Of a DNA stretch of 64,000 bases, positions 27,730 to 38,365 are shown piece by piece (position 1 is the first letter of the stretch; every line of letters starts with the position of its first letter). This DNA is from Squalus acanthias (lineage: Eukaryota). The DNA is taken from assembly GCA_030390025.1 (NCBI GenBank), contig CM059432.1:45944001-46008000 (forward strand), given 5' to 3'. A program made the translations under genes and the position numbers. The notes beneath the pieces were generated by a model. That model saw only the letters and a program-made list of their open reading frames with translations. It ran no database searches and was not told the origin of the DNA.

Positions 27730-28510
27730 TTTCATATTGCAGTTCAATTCTATCCCATCCCAATCAAACCCACAGGCAGGGGCTGCATGTTCTACCACGT
27801 CGTAAGGGCAGATGAATGTGTCTCGAGCTTGCACACACTTGGTAAGATTTGGGGCCACCCATGTTGTCCCATCCACTCGGGTCACGTACTTTGGGGGTTC
27901 ATCAAGACATCTCCCTGGTGTACGCCTATGTTCTGCACACGAAACAGAGGGTTTGGGGTCGCCTTTTTGGGCAAAACGGGATAGTATAATACCATCCCTA
28001 ACAGGGTGATGTTGTTCTGTTCCTGCAAATGGGGTTCATGTTTCACCGGGTAGACCTGTACCAACCCCCTGACTTTACACATATTCATGGTAAATTGGTA
28101 AGTGGACATTGCCCTCAGGTGTCGATCAGTCACCCACGAGGGGAGCTTCCCCTCAACAATGCGCTGCAGGTTTTCAGGGGCTTGTTCCACTAACCAAGAT
28201 CCATACATTACACAAACATCATTCCGTGCGGCCTCGTTAGAAGCATTCCGGTCCTCCTTTAGAATTTGGTTTATCTTTTTAGCATGGGATTCTAAATATT
28301 TAACCACATCCTGCAGATGAATGGTCATAATTTGGCTCTCTTCCAATTCCTCCTGTTCTAGACCATTCATGTCATTCAAAATTTTCCGTAAGCGATTTCT
28401 GACCGCTTTTACAGACTGATCTAAGCTAACCAAATCAAGGCTATTAACCATGGCGGTTCCAGTGTTAAAAACAGTGGCTGCATCATTTATCAGACCTCGT
28501 CGCCTTCTGC

Positions 28511-29670
28511 AGGTTATTAAACAAAATTAGGACTCATGGGATTGGGGGTAATATACTAGCATGGATTGAGGATTGGTTAACGGACAAAAAACAGAGAGTA
28601 GGAATAAACGGGTCATTTTCGGGTTGGCAGGCTGTAACTAGTGGGATACCACAAGGATCAGTGCTTGGGCCTCAGCTATTCACAATCTATATCAATGATT
28701 TGGATGAGGGGACCAAATGTAATATATCCAAGTTTGCTGATGATACAAAGCTGGGTAGGAATGTAAGTTGTGAGGAGGATGCAAGGAGGCTTCAAGGGGA
28801 TATAGACAGGCTAAGTGAGTGGGCAAGAACATGGCAAATGGAATATAATGTGGAGAAATATGAAGTTATCCACTTTGGTAGGAAAAATAGAAAAGCAGAG
28901 TATTTTTTAAATGGTGAGAGATTGGGAAATATTGGTGTTCAGATGGATCTGGGTGTCATTGTACACAAATCACTGAAAGTTAACATGCAGATACAGCAAG
29001 TAATTAGGAAAGCAAATGGCATGTTGGCCTTTATTACAAGAGGATTTGAGTATAAGAGTAAAGACATCTTACTGCAATTATATAGGGCCCTGGTGAGACC
29101 ACACCTGGAGTATTGTGTACAGTTTTGGTCTCCTTACCTAAGGAAGGATATACTTGCCATAGAGGGAGTGCAACAAAGGTTCACCAGACTGGTTCCTGAG
29201 ATGGGGGGATTGTCCTACGAGGACAGATTGAGTAGACTAGGCCTATAGTCTCTAGAGTTTACAAGAATGAGAGGTGATCTCATTGAAACATACCAAATTC
29301 TTACAGGGCTTGACAGGGTAGATGCAGGGAGGATATTTCCCTTGGATGGGTGGTCTAGAACCAGGGGTCACAGTCTCAGAATAAGGGGTCGATCATTTAG
29401 GACTGAGATGAGGAGAAATTTCTTCACACAGAGGGTGGTGAACCTTTGGAATTCTCTACCCCAGAGGGCTGTGGAGGCTCAGTTGTTGAGTATATTCAAG
29501 ACAGGAATCGATAGATTTTTGAATATTAAGGGAATCAAGGGATATGGGGATAGTGCAGGAAAGTGGAGATGAGGTAGAAGATCAGCCATGATCTTATTGA
29601 ATGGCGGAGCAGGCTCGAAGGGCCAAATGGCCTACTCCTGCTCCTATTTCTTATGCTCTTATGTTCTTAT
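28511..29670 (+). mobile_element. 5'-truncated CR1 LINE inserted in outer env
   Basis: Same family as 2250-3981 (PQGSVLGP, SKFADDTK) with a (TCTTATG)-type tail. Confidence 0.95.
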
Positions 29671-30804
29671 GATATGGTCCCCTTTAATCCCATAACCGAC
29701 ATCATTTTCGTCAATGAGCTCGGTACTATTTTCCCCAAAGGTATTGTTAAATCCAGTACCCTTGTTAGGCCCCATGTGATATAACAGCTCTAAATCCGAT
29801 TCCGCCAGGTTTGTACTGGCCCTTTCCCAAAATCCCTCTGTTAATTCCCGCACCATTCTCCCATACAACCACACTGTCTCTGACTTGCACCAATTCGGCA
29901 GTCTCACCTTGGTCAGATTCAATATTACTGGCACCACCTCGTGATGCACATCATGGTACAATATCATCCGAGTTGGGATTACCACTAATCCATTTGTCGG
30001 TCCCGGAATCTGTTTAGGGCAGACAACCCGGGTTTCTTGTTATTCCTGCGGTTATGTTTTATTCGTAGGGGAAGGGATTTTCGGGCGAACTTTCACTTTT
30101 AATTCTATGGCCTCTATGGTTCAGTTTACGCATTCCAATACATGATAAGTAGCACACATTTCTTGACATAGCCCTCCCTCCTTTTCATCCAGCATCCATC
30201 GATAAGGGGGGGTAATTTTCTGCACCATACACGAACGCAGGAGAAAGGCTGCAAACCGGGAATTCGAACCTAAAATTGACCCAACTCTTTAGTGGGCCTG
30301 GTCAAGGGTTTACGCATCCATATATACCCTCATGCTCTTGCCACCATCGTGGCCAACATAGCATAGTTTCCCCAATGCTTTCTGATTGAGTCGGACTGCC
30401 GGGGTTCCCCCGAGGGTCCCCTATCTGGTGGTACCTCGTTATGGTACCGGCCTCTGTTCGGAGGAACCATACAAGTGGTTGACTCGCGGTTCCACTCTAG
30501 CACCTTATACATACCCCTTACCCCTTTTCCCTCTTGAATCTTGTGAGTGGTCACCCATATCCTTCCCAAACAACTGGTTTCACATGTACCCATAATGGCC
30601 TGGAGAGTGACCTCCCGAGCGGTGCCGAGGGGTGATGTTGCTGGGACAATAGTAATCTGTTGTAACTCGAACTGTTGGACGCCTCCCCGTGCATTGCTGT
30701 TGCCTCTCAGAGGTGGAGCACTATACCGCACAGCACCCAAAATAATCTCCCTATCTTCCCTTGCCTGGTCCTTGCCTGTAGGGGAAGGGGACAAAAATGA
30801 AGTA

Positions 30805-31490
30805 TTACTCCCGGTCCTGCATCCCTTCACCCCACCATTGGCCGTTCCCGCTTCTACCACTGATATCTACGGGGCGTCCTTTTCTTTTACTATGTCGTGG
30901 TTTAGGAGGGGTCTGTTGGGTTTGTTCGTGGACAGGAGTCGGTTTTGGACCTGGGGCCGGGGGCGTTTCTACGGCTCGCGCATCCTGTCCACTTTCATTC
31001 ATGCCATACTGTACCTGGGGAGGCACCACTTCAGGCGGAGGTGCCTCATTGGGTGGGGGTACCCCATCAGGCACCCCTTCTTCATCATCCCACTGAAAAG
31101 GGCGAATCAGTCGCACCATTCTCATGATTGTGGTTTGTTGTCTTCTTGACCTGCTGGTGGGCTGAAAAAGCTTCACCTGGCTAATATGAAACCACTTGAT
31201 TTTCTTAGGTAACCGAACAGCGTACATGTACACCATGGGACTGGCTTTGTCAACAATACTATACGATCCCTTGTACAGGGTTTCAAAGACTCCCACCCTC
31301 ACATAGTTCCGTACCATCACCTGGCTTCCCACCTCCCACTCCTGGGGTTTACTCGGAGCCAAGTGTAGTCAGTTGCGTTGGTGTGCCTTCCCAATGTTGT
31401 GGGCAGCCCTCAAGTTCAGTTCCTTTAAAGTTCCCAAAGGTAATTCAGGAATTTATCCCTGTTTGAATTCTTGAAATTCACCCATAACCA
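30805..31490 (-). pseudogene. Integrase C-terminal remnant of outer ERV
   Basis: EWEVGSQVMVRNYVRVGVFETLYKGSYSIVDKASPMVY...KWFHISQVKLF, homologous to the inner pol GPY/F-type C-terminus. Confidence 0.85.
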
Positions 31491-31587
31491 CTTAGGAAAA
31501 ATGATTTTAGAAAGAATTCCCATTTCCCATTTATTACCATTTCATCTCATTCATGAGCCCTGGAGAAACTTTACCATGCAATACAAT

Positions 31588-32315
31588 GGCCCAGAAATTT
31601 GACTCGGAGGCTTGCCACGGGGGTAAGGATCGCGCGCGATATCACCTACCGCGCCTGCCATTCTTGTTTGCCCCCGCAGGAACTTCGGGTCCTGGGCCTC
31701 TCCCTAGTGCCGGTGCGCAGTGTGTGCGTGTCCCAGGGGCGCAGTTAGTGCAATGCGACCCCTGGGATCACGTGGGCCATGGAGAGCCAATGGCAGTAGA
31801 CCATCTTTCATTCATAGATTTGACAGGAGACCTGTCAAATCTGTGAATTCAAATCGGCCCCAAAAGAACAGCTAAACCTCAAATAAATTTTAAAAAAAAC
31901 CATCACATTAATAAAATAACTATAGTTAAATAAATTAACCACTTTAAACAAAAACTTAAATTTTTGAAAAAATTTAAAAAAAATTTTAAAGTTATAAAAA
32001 TAAACTTACCTTTCTTTAAAGTCTCTAAAAAGATAAACCTGTTGAAAAAAATTTAAAATTATACTTAATTAACTACTTACCTTGTTCAAAAGGGGTCTTA
32101 CGCCTCCTTTTTACTTGTGTCGAATCTTCCATACTTACCCTCGCATTGAAACCAGAAAAAAAACCTAAGTGTGCTGCGTGCGCGCAGCCTCTAGTGCGCA
32201 CGCGGTTCACCTAGGAACCGCCCCCTTCAGTGCATGCAGGAAACCGGCACTTCGGGAACGAATACAGGTGAGTACATACTGAGTACTCACCCGAGAACGG
32301 ACGAATTTTTGGGCC
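31588..32315. mobile_element. Harbinger-like MITE
   Basis: TIRs GGCCCAGAAATT / AATTTTTGGGCC, 3-bp TSD AAT, AT-rich core. Confidence 0.7.
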
Positions 32316-32784
32316 AATATGATTATTACCATTTAACCTCTTATTGGACCTTCTATTCCTCAAAATATACCAGAGCAATTCCTGATTCCCTTCTATCACT
32401 GTGGGGAAACATGCACTCAAATTGAAAACCTTAAAAATTTAACAATGCCCAAAATGTTTACAAAAACACACAGCTGCTTGTGAAAAGAGTTAACTTTTTT
32501 ATTGCATTTCAAAAGAAGACAAACACAAATATCATCAATCATTGTCAGCTTGTGTCACACAGCTTCTCGTAGCTTTCAAGTAAATTTAAAAACTCGTCAA
32601 AAAAAATCTATTACTTTTGCAAAGTCTTTGTGCCTTTAAAATTTGCAAAGATCCTGATCTATTCAATTCAGCAAGTAAAAACATCAGACATCATTAGTAT
32701 CACCACTACAAACATTTTTGTGAAACAACGCCACACGCAATAGCATTCCCTTTCTTTCCCCCTGGTCACACATACTTGAAATTG

Positions 32785-33159
32785 TCTTTCCAGTTTTAAA
32801 AAAAAACACATAAAAAAAACAACCAAAAAACCCCCAAAAAACCAAAAAAAAAGTTAAAAGCTCAACTGCAGACGGCAACATTTGACACGTTGGACCCCCT
32901 GTGACCCACCTCATTGTCTTAGCTGTACTCTGATGTGTCTTTGATGTAATGCCTTCCTAACAGATTGTATCTCTGCAGACAAATTGCTCTCTGTGTATAT
33001 ATACTGCCGATTTGTATTCCCTCACTGTACTTGTACCTGAAGAAGGAGCAGCGCTCCGAAAGCTCGTAATTTTAAATAAAACTGTTGGACTATAACCTGG
33101 TGTTGTGCGACTTCTCATTTTTGGCCACCCCAGTCCAACACCGGCATCTCCGCATCATG
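32785..33159 (+). mobile_element. Penelope-like pLTR fragment with hammerhead motif
   Basis: 10-bp TSD CTTGAAATTG. Homologous to ~27395-27729. Hammerhead TAC-CTGAAGA-A-GGAGC(AGC)GCTCC-GAA-AGCT-C-GTA at ~33033-33068. Confidence 0.8.
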
Positions 33160-33609
33160 CTTGAAATTGGTCAGGAATTTTAAAAATACCAATTGTTGAT
33201 GTGATTGCCTCATGTCCAGAACTAAAGGCTTTTACACAATTTACACCAACCAGAATTTCACCATGGCCATAATAAAAGTCTGGTTTTAATAGGTTAATTA
33301 ACCTCAATAACTCCAATTTAATTCAGCCCAGTATCTTAAACTAACTAGTATCACTTGAAAAAGAGGGAGAAGTCACAGCCACACTAACAAAGAAACATTC
33401 ACACATGCTGTGTAAATGTTTAAATTCTTTATCTTCTGGGAACCATGGCAACTGTAACTTCAAGGCTGAAGCTAATCTTTTGAAAAACAAACTGTCTTTT
33501 GTGCATTTCAAAGCTGCATAGATCACAGTCAAAATAAATTCACACCTGCGTCTTTAACTTAAAATGTAATTCAATTTTGGGTGCACAAGCTTAAATTGAA
33601 ATAAACATA

Positions 33610-35226
33610 TGTAAGGGTTTTGACCCGTGTGGCTCTGTGCTCAGCCTGGGGGCTAGTGCGAGGTTAGGCCTTGTTGCCTGTTCTGGTCTCCAGCCAGTCT
33701 GGGAGCACTAGACACCTGTGAGTGGTTCGACCCACTCGCCCTTACGGTTCTGACACTGGACTTAGATGCGAGAGCAATAATGGAGAGAAAACTCAGGTAG
33801 ACCCGGTTGAATGGTACGAAATGGAAAATCTTTATTGCATATTATTCAAGATTACGAAATACATGTCATAAGCACAGATTAATGACAGTACAATCTTACA
33901 CGCAGTTATATAACTAATTTCAGGGAAACGAGGAATGAACGACACATGGTAAATGGGGGCACACATTACAGTTATCCTTAAAACTTAAACCCTCCCCTAT
34001 CAATACCTGCTCTAAACTAGATTTGTAGGATCGAGACTCATGCTCACCACTCGTGATAACTCGGAGAGTTCCGAAAACTCTGATCGGATGTTTTTCACCA
34101 CAGCACCTGATCACCCACGTGTTGATCAGGGGTCTCTGTACCCCACTTGTTTACTCGTTTCTGCTCCGGCTAGCAGGCTGGACCGTCTGCTGTCATGAAG
34201 ATCTGTGTTGTCCTCGGAGTTCCGACTCTACTCAAAAAAGAGTCTTCCTGTGCCCTCGCAGGGATGCGATAAAATTCGAAGAATAGTCTTCCTGGGCAAG
34301 GAAAAAGTGTCTCTTCGACCTACAGGCGCGGTCGGGGCTTACTGACCGTGGCGATACGTATGGTCGTCTTCTTCTCTTCTCATCTCATCTCATCTCATCT
34401 CGGGCCTTCGGTTCCAACACCGTTTACCGACTTCTCGGGATGGTGTGCCCGTTCCAAGGCTTCACAGCCCAGTTCCACACAGATCTTCGCGGCAAGCCAC
34501 GAGGCAGATCCTGGCGGATCGTAAAGTTCAACAGTCTTTAAAGCTGCAAGAGGCAGAGACACGAGGCAAGCGGCAAGAGGCAGGAGAATAAGAGAAAGAT
34601 GGACGGTTGTAGCTTACAGTTATAGTGCAAAAACTCTTCTTTTCCCGCCCAACCTTAATGTCTTTTCTTTTGTTCGGGTTTTGGCGCTCAAATTTCTTGT
34701 ATAGGGTGATCTCCGTTTTAATGGGTTTCGGGGATACTCGTAACTGTCTGAGTACCTGTTAATACTTTTCCCAATGTGTAACCGGTCGGTATTCTCCCTG
34801 GAGGGGTTTTGGGGCTTCCAAATGTTTTCTGTAACTACCCGCTAACGGCTCTCTCATCGTAGAGTCGTGGGGATTTTGCATATTAATGTCTTTGGATGGG
34901 TTCTTGATCACTTGGTACAATAGCCCTTATTCGCACCTGGGAGACCGATTTCAGTATTTATGTGTATACTGCAAACCCATGATGTCTCGTGTATTATCTC
35001 AAATGTGCTGAGTCTTCATCGATCTCGTACAAATGTTTATTGGAACGCCATCTTGTCTGCTTATCGAAAAGTCTAGAATGTTCTGCCACGAGGCGTGGTG
35101 GCCATTTTACAGGCTGCTTGTGTCCACTTTGAAAACCTGACAGCATTCTGCTGAAATAAAGCTGTTTGAACGAAACTATGTGTTTTCTCCTTATTTATAA
35201 AATCGCGATATATTGCGAATTCTACA
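33610..35226 (-). repeat. 3' LTR of inner ERV (1617 bp)
   Basis: Near-identical to 44673-46247 plus 47146-47192. Minus-strand AATAAA near 33835. PPT-like CAACAGGAGGGAC at 35227-35239. Confidence 0.95.
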
Positions 35227-35675
35227 GTCCCTCCTGTTGATGCGAATAACTCCGCTTATCGTATCAAAAATATTGTGGTGAGCAATATTATCTCGATTTC
35301 TCCAGATCCAGAAAATTAATCCCCATAACTTAAACTATCTAGGGTCTTTGCGTCGTCCTTATTTCCCAGGAAAATTACATTCTTATAACACCGCAGGCAT
35401 TATTTGCCTTTAAACTTACACCACTTGTTTTCCTTCCAGGCGTAACCAGGCCGATGCCTCTCGTATCACCTGTATATTCACATTTTTTATTTAGGGAAAG
35501 GAAAAACAAAACAAAACCAAACAATCATATTTAACAACAACACCATCACCAAAATAATCAAAACCAACTCTTAAACATGTCGAGTTCCAAACGTAATTAC
35601 AGTTTCTGAAAAATCACGATCAATTACAACACTTCCGAGGCGCACGTGGCAAACGGGAGTGACGCCATTTTCCGA

Positions 35676-38026
35676 TTACACGGTGCTTTCATCGTGCACG
35701 CGCACGTAACGTTCTCGCCACTCTCCCGTGTTTTCGTTCTTGGTGAGGCGTTTGCCTCTCTTACAATGTACGACCAATAAGTATACCACAATAAACACTT
35801 GGCATACAACTAAAATGTGGGAGGCTATTCTAATCCAGGAAGGCACTTCAATGTTGGTGAACAGATTCCACCACGGTGGAATTACTATGTCCAGAATGTC
35901 TGTCCCTATTTCGACAGTTTTCTGCTCTAGTGTGTAAAAATGTTTTTGTGACACCGCGACGGCTTTTAAAAGCTTGGTGAGGTGTTCAGGGAGAGGGGGA
36001 ATGAGGTATCCGAAATGCGCGACGAATCGCTGCAGGTCGGTGAAGTTCTCTTTTACGGTGAGATGAACCGTGGATGGTTCAGGGATTGGGCAATTCGCTG
36101 TTGTGCTACTTGAACTTCCGCCCTGGGTTTGAAACAGAAACTGCTGTCACTCACCGGACACCGGCTACGGTTTCCATGCTGGTAGTGTTGCGCTGCAGTG
36201 GTAACACAATATGTTCCACCCCCGATGTATGCTACCTGCGGAGGCACATGATCTTGTGCCATGGCCTCCATGGTGCAATTCATGGACTTGGCGCCAGCCG
36301 TTCTGAACCCGCACTGTGGTGTTAAAAAGGCATTCAAGTGCTGGGGACACAGTATTATGTGTGCTCCCCTGCCACGACAACCAGAGAGATCTGTACCTGT
36401 CATCGTTTGCTCCCAGCGGATGACGTAGGGTGGAACCGCTGCATAGCGAATGTGGGCTCCCCCCTGAATGACACCAATGTTCTCTACCCGATACACCGGG
36501 GCGGGCATTGCTGTGTCGCCCAAAACCGGCATACGTAGTACTATACCCATGATAGTATGGTTTGATCGTCCACAGTCCACGGGGACTGGGTATGCTTCTG
36601 AAGCTAGCCTGAGCTGGCACGGGCTTAATGCGTTCTGAAAAGGGTGGAGCGCCCGCAGGTGTTTGTTACTTATCCAGGACGGGACCAAACCTTGTTTTAA
36701 ATCCTCCAAATTACTGCGGCCCTCGCCCAGTAACCACGCCCCGTAAAGCACGCACACCTCGTTCTGCGCAGCTTGATCGGATGCATTCCGATCTTCCCTA
36801 ATCAGGGCATTTACCGTTCTCGCGTGTTTCTCTAGTTCAGCTATTATTTCTTTTAAATGGAGAGTCATGGCTTGGTCCTCGTGTAAACCCGACCCAACCA
36901 CCTTATTTTCATCTGTGAGAATGTCTTTTAATTGCGTTTTTAAGCCATTAATCTGGGTCTGCAGCTCCACGCTGTCTAGAGCGTTGACCACAGATGTACC
37001 TGTGTTGAAAGCAGTGAACGCGTCGTTCACAACACCCCTTCTTTGCCTCCCCACCTGATCAAAGACTTCATGTGGTGCGGTGTACAAACTTGTTTTATCA
37101 ATTTCCGCGAAATTGAACTCATAGAATTGTCTGAACATCTTGGTCAACAGGACCTGATACAACTGTTCCGTCTTTTTGGGGCACCACTCTGGTAACCGCA
37201 CCTCGGTGAGATTTAAAATCACCGAGGCCACCGCGTAATGTACCCCCTGAAATAGTATCTGGTCTGTGGGGACCAGTACCAAACCATTCCCGGGTCCCTT
37301 ACTGGTTTTAGGGCACCCTTCTTCCTTAGCTAGAACCACCGGAATCGTGAGCGGGGCTTTGCGTGGGCGCGTAATGAGTTCAGTGGCATTTACTGGGATC
37401 GGGGAGAATGGGGCCCCGCACCCCCTGGTGCTCCCATCCCACCTCATCCCCTGTCCGTTATCCTGCCATTGATTAATGAAAAATATGGAGATGCCTTTTG
37501 GGCAAACGTACTTTGACCCCCACATACATACATAGATTCCCTCATCCGGTTCCCACCATTTGTCCCAACAGACTCTCACTTGTCCGTTTGTCCCCGTAAT
37601 TGTCCGATGGGTATTATTACCCAGTCGTTCCCACTCGACCGAAGAGTTCCTCGTGTTTTTGCTCAGCTTTCGCAGCCACCACCATCGGCTCAATGGGACA
37701 TTCCCACTACAAGTCAAACAAATCCGTTTGCTGACGGTGACGCTGATCCTGGGTGCGATGATCCTTACTTTGGGGCACAGTAAAGAAGTCTCTTGGTAGG
37801 CAAACCCCGATGTGCTGGAATACTCCGTTGAGTTCGTTCCCAGCCATCCTGGCCACCTTCCCTTGTGGAAATAGGTGGTGGTCTCCTCAGCCTCCCGTCT
37901 TCCGGTCCCATCCACCGCGATGGGGGCCGTGTCCCCGGAGCATCCAAACACCACGACATCCTTGGTGCGTCCTCGATAGGCCAATCCGCATCCGATTGCC
38001 GCGAGCAATACTAGAATTCGTTCCAT
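35676..38026 (-). CDS. env: Env glycoprotein (signal peptide, putative Ig-like domain, furin site, F-like class I fusion ectodomain, TM), with a 1-nt frameshift at ~36089
   Basis: Signal peptide MERILVLLAAIGCGLA, then RQRR|GVVNDAFTAFNTGTSVVNALD, a heptad region and a Cys-rich domain. The TM segment (WIRIASHILVVCQVFIVVYLLVV) is in the adjacent frame. Confidence 0.85.
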
Positions 38027-38365
38027 CCTTCCTTGGTTCCTGTGATCAGATAGAATGAGGTAGCCAGCCTCGCAAGAGTCTCTGGCTTTTGTGAAGGGTG
38101 AGCGGGTCCCCTGCCCTCGCCTCACGTAAACTTCAATGTTCGCTGGATAAACTTTAACTAAACCTATCTCTAAAACTCCCATCATTTACTTCCTTTTATT
38201 ATTAAACAAAATTTTAACTACCAACTTAAACCGATTTAAAACTATAACCTCATAACCTTATCTAAAACTATAAACTTATACTTAACCTTAACCTTGAACT
38301 ATAAACTTAGAAACTTATCCTAAACTTATTACTGTACAGCGCCGCCCGTTCCCAGGGCGGCCCCT

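Larger units (their letters stand above)
26260..30780 (-). pseudogene. env of outer ERV, fragmented by Penelope and CR1 insertions
   Basis: Fragments 26355-26834, 27882-28510 and 29680-29985 are homologous to the inner env (RRRR|GLINDAATVFNTGTAMVNSLD; FGYDIPPLPEHL; WIRIISHVLV). The 5' boundary is approximate. Confidence 0.85.

Noticed and set aside
33920..34590. Short ORFs within the long inner LTR as accessory genes
   Set aside because: They are under 85 aa with non-ATG starts and no motifs; their presence in both LTRs only reflects LTR identity.
36053..38185. Env start at 38185 (710-aa ORF as listed)
   Set aside because: The signal peptide follows the Met at 38026, so the upstream 53 codons are probably not the true N-terminus, though a long leader peptide is not excluded.
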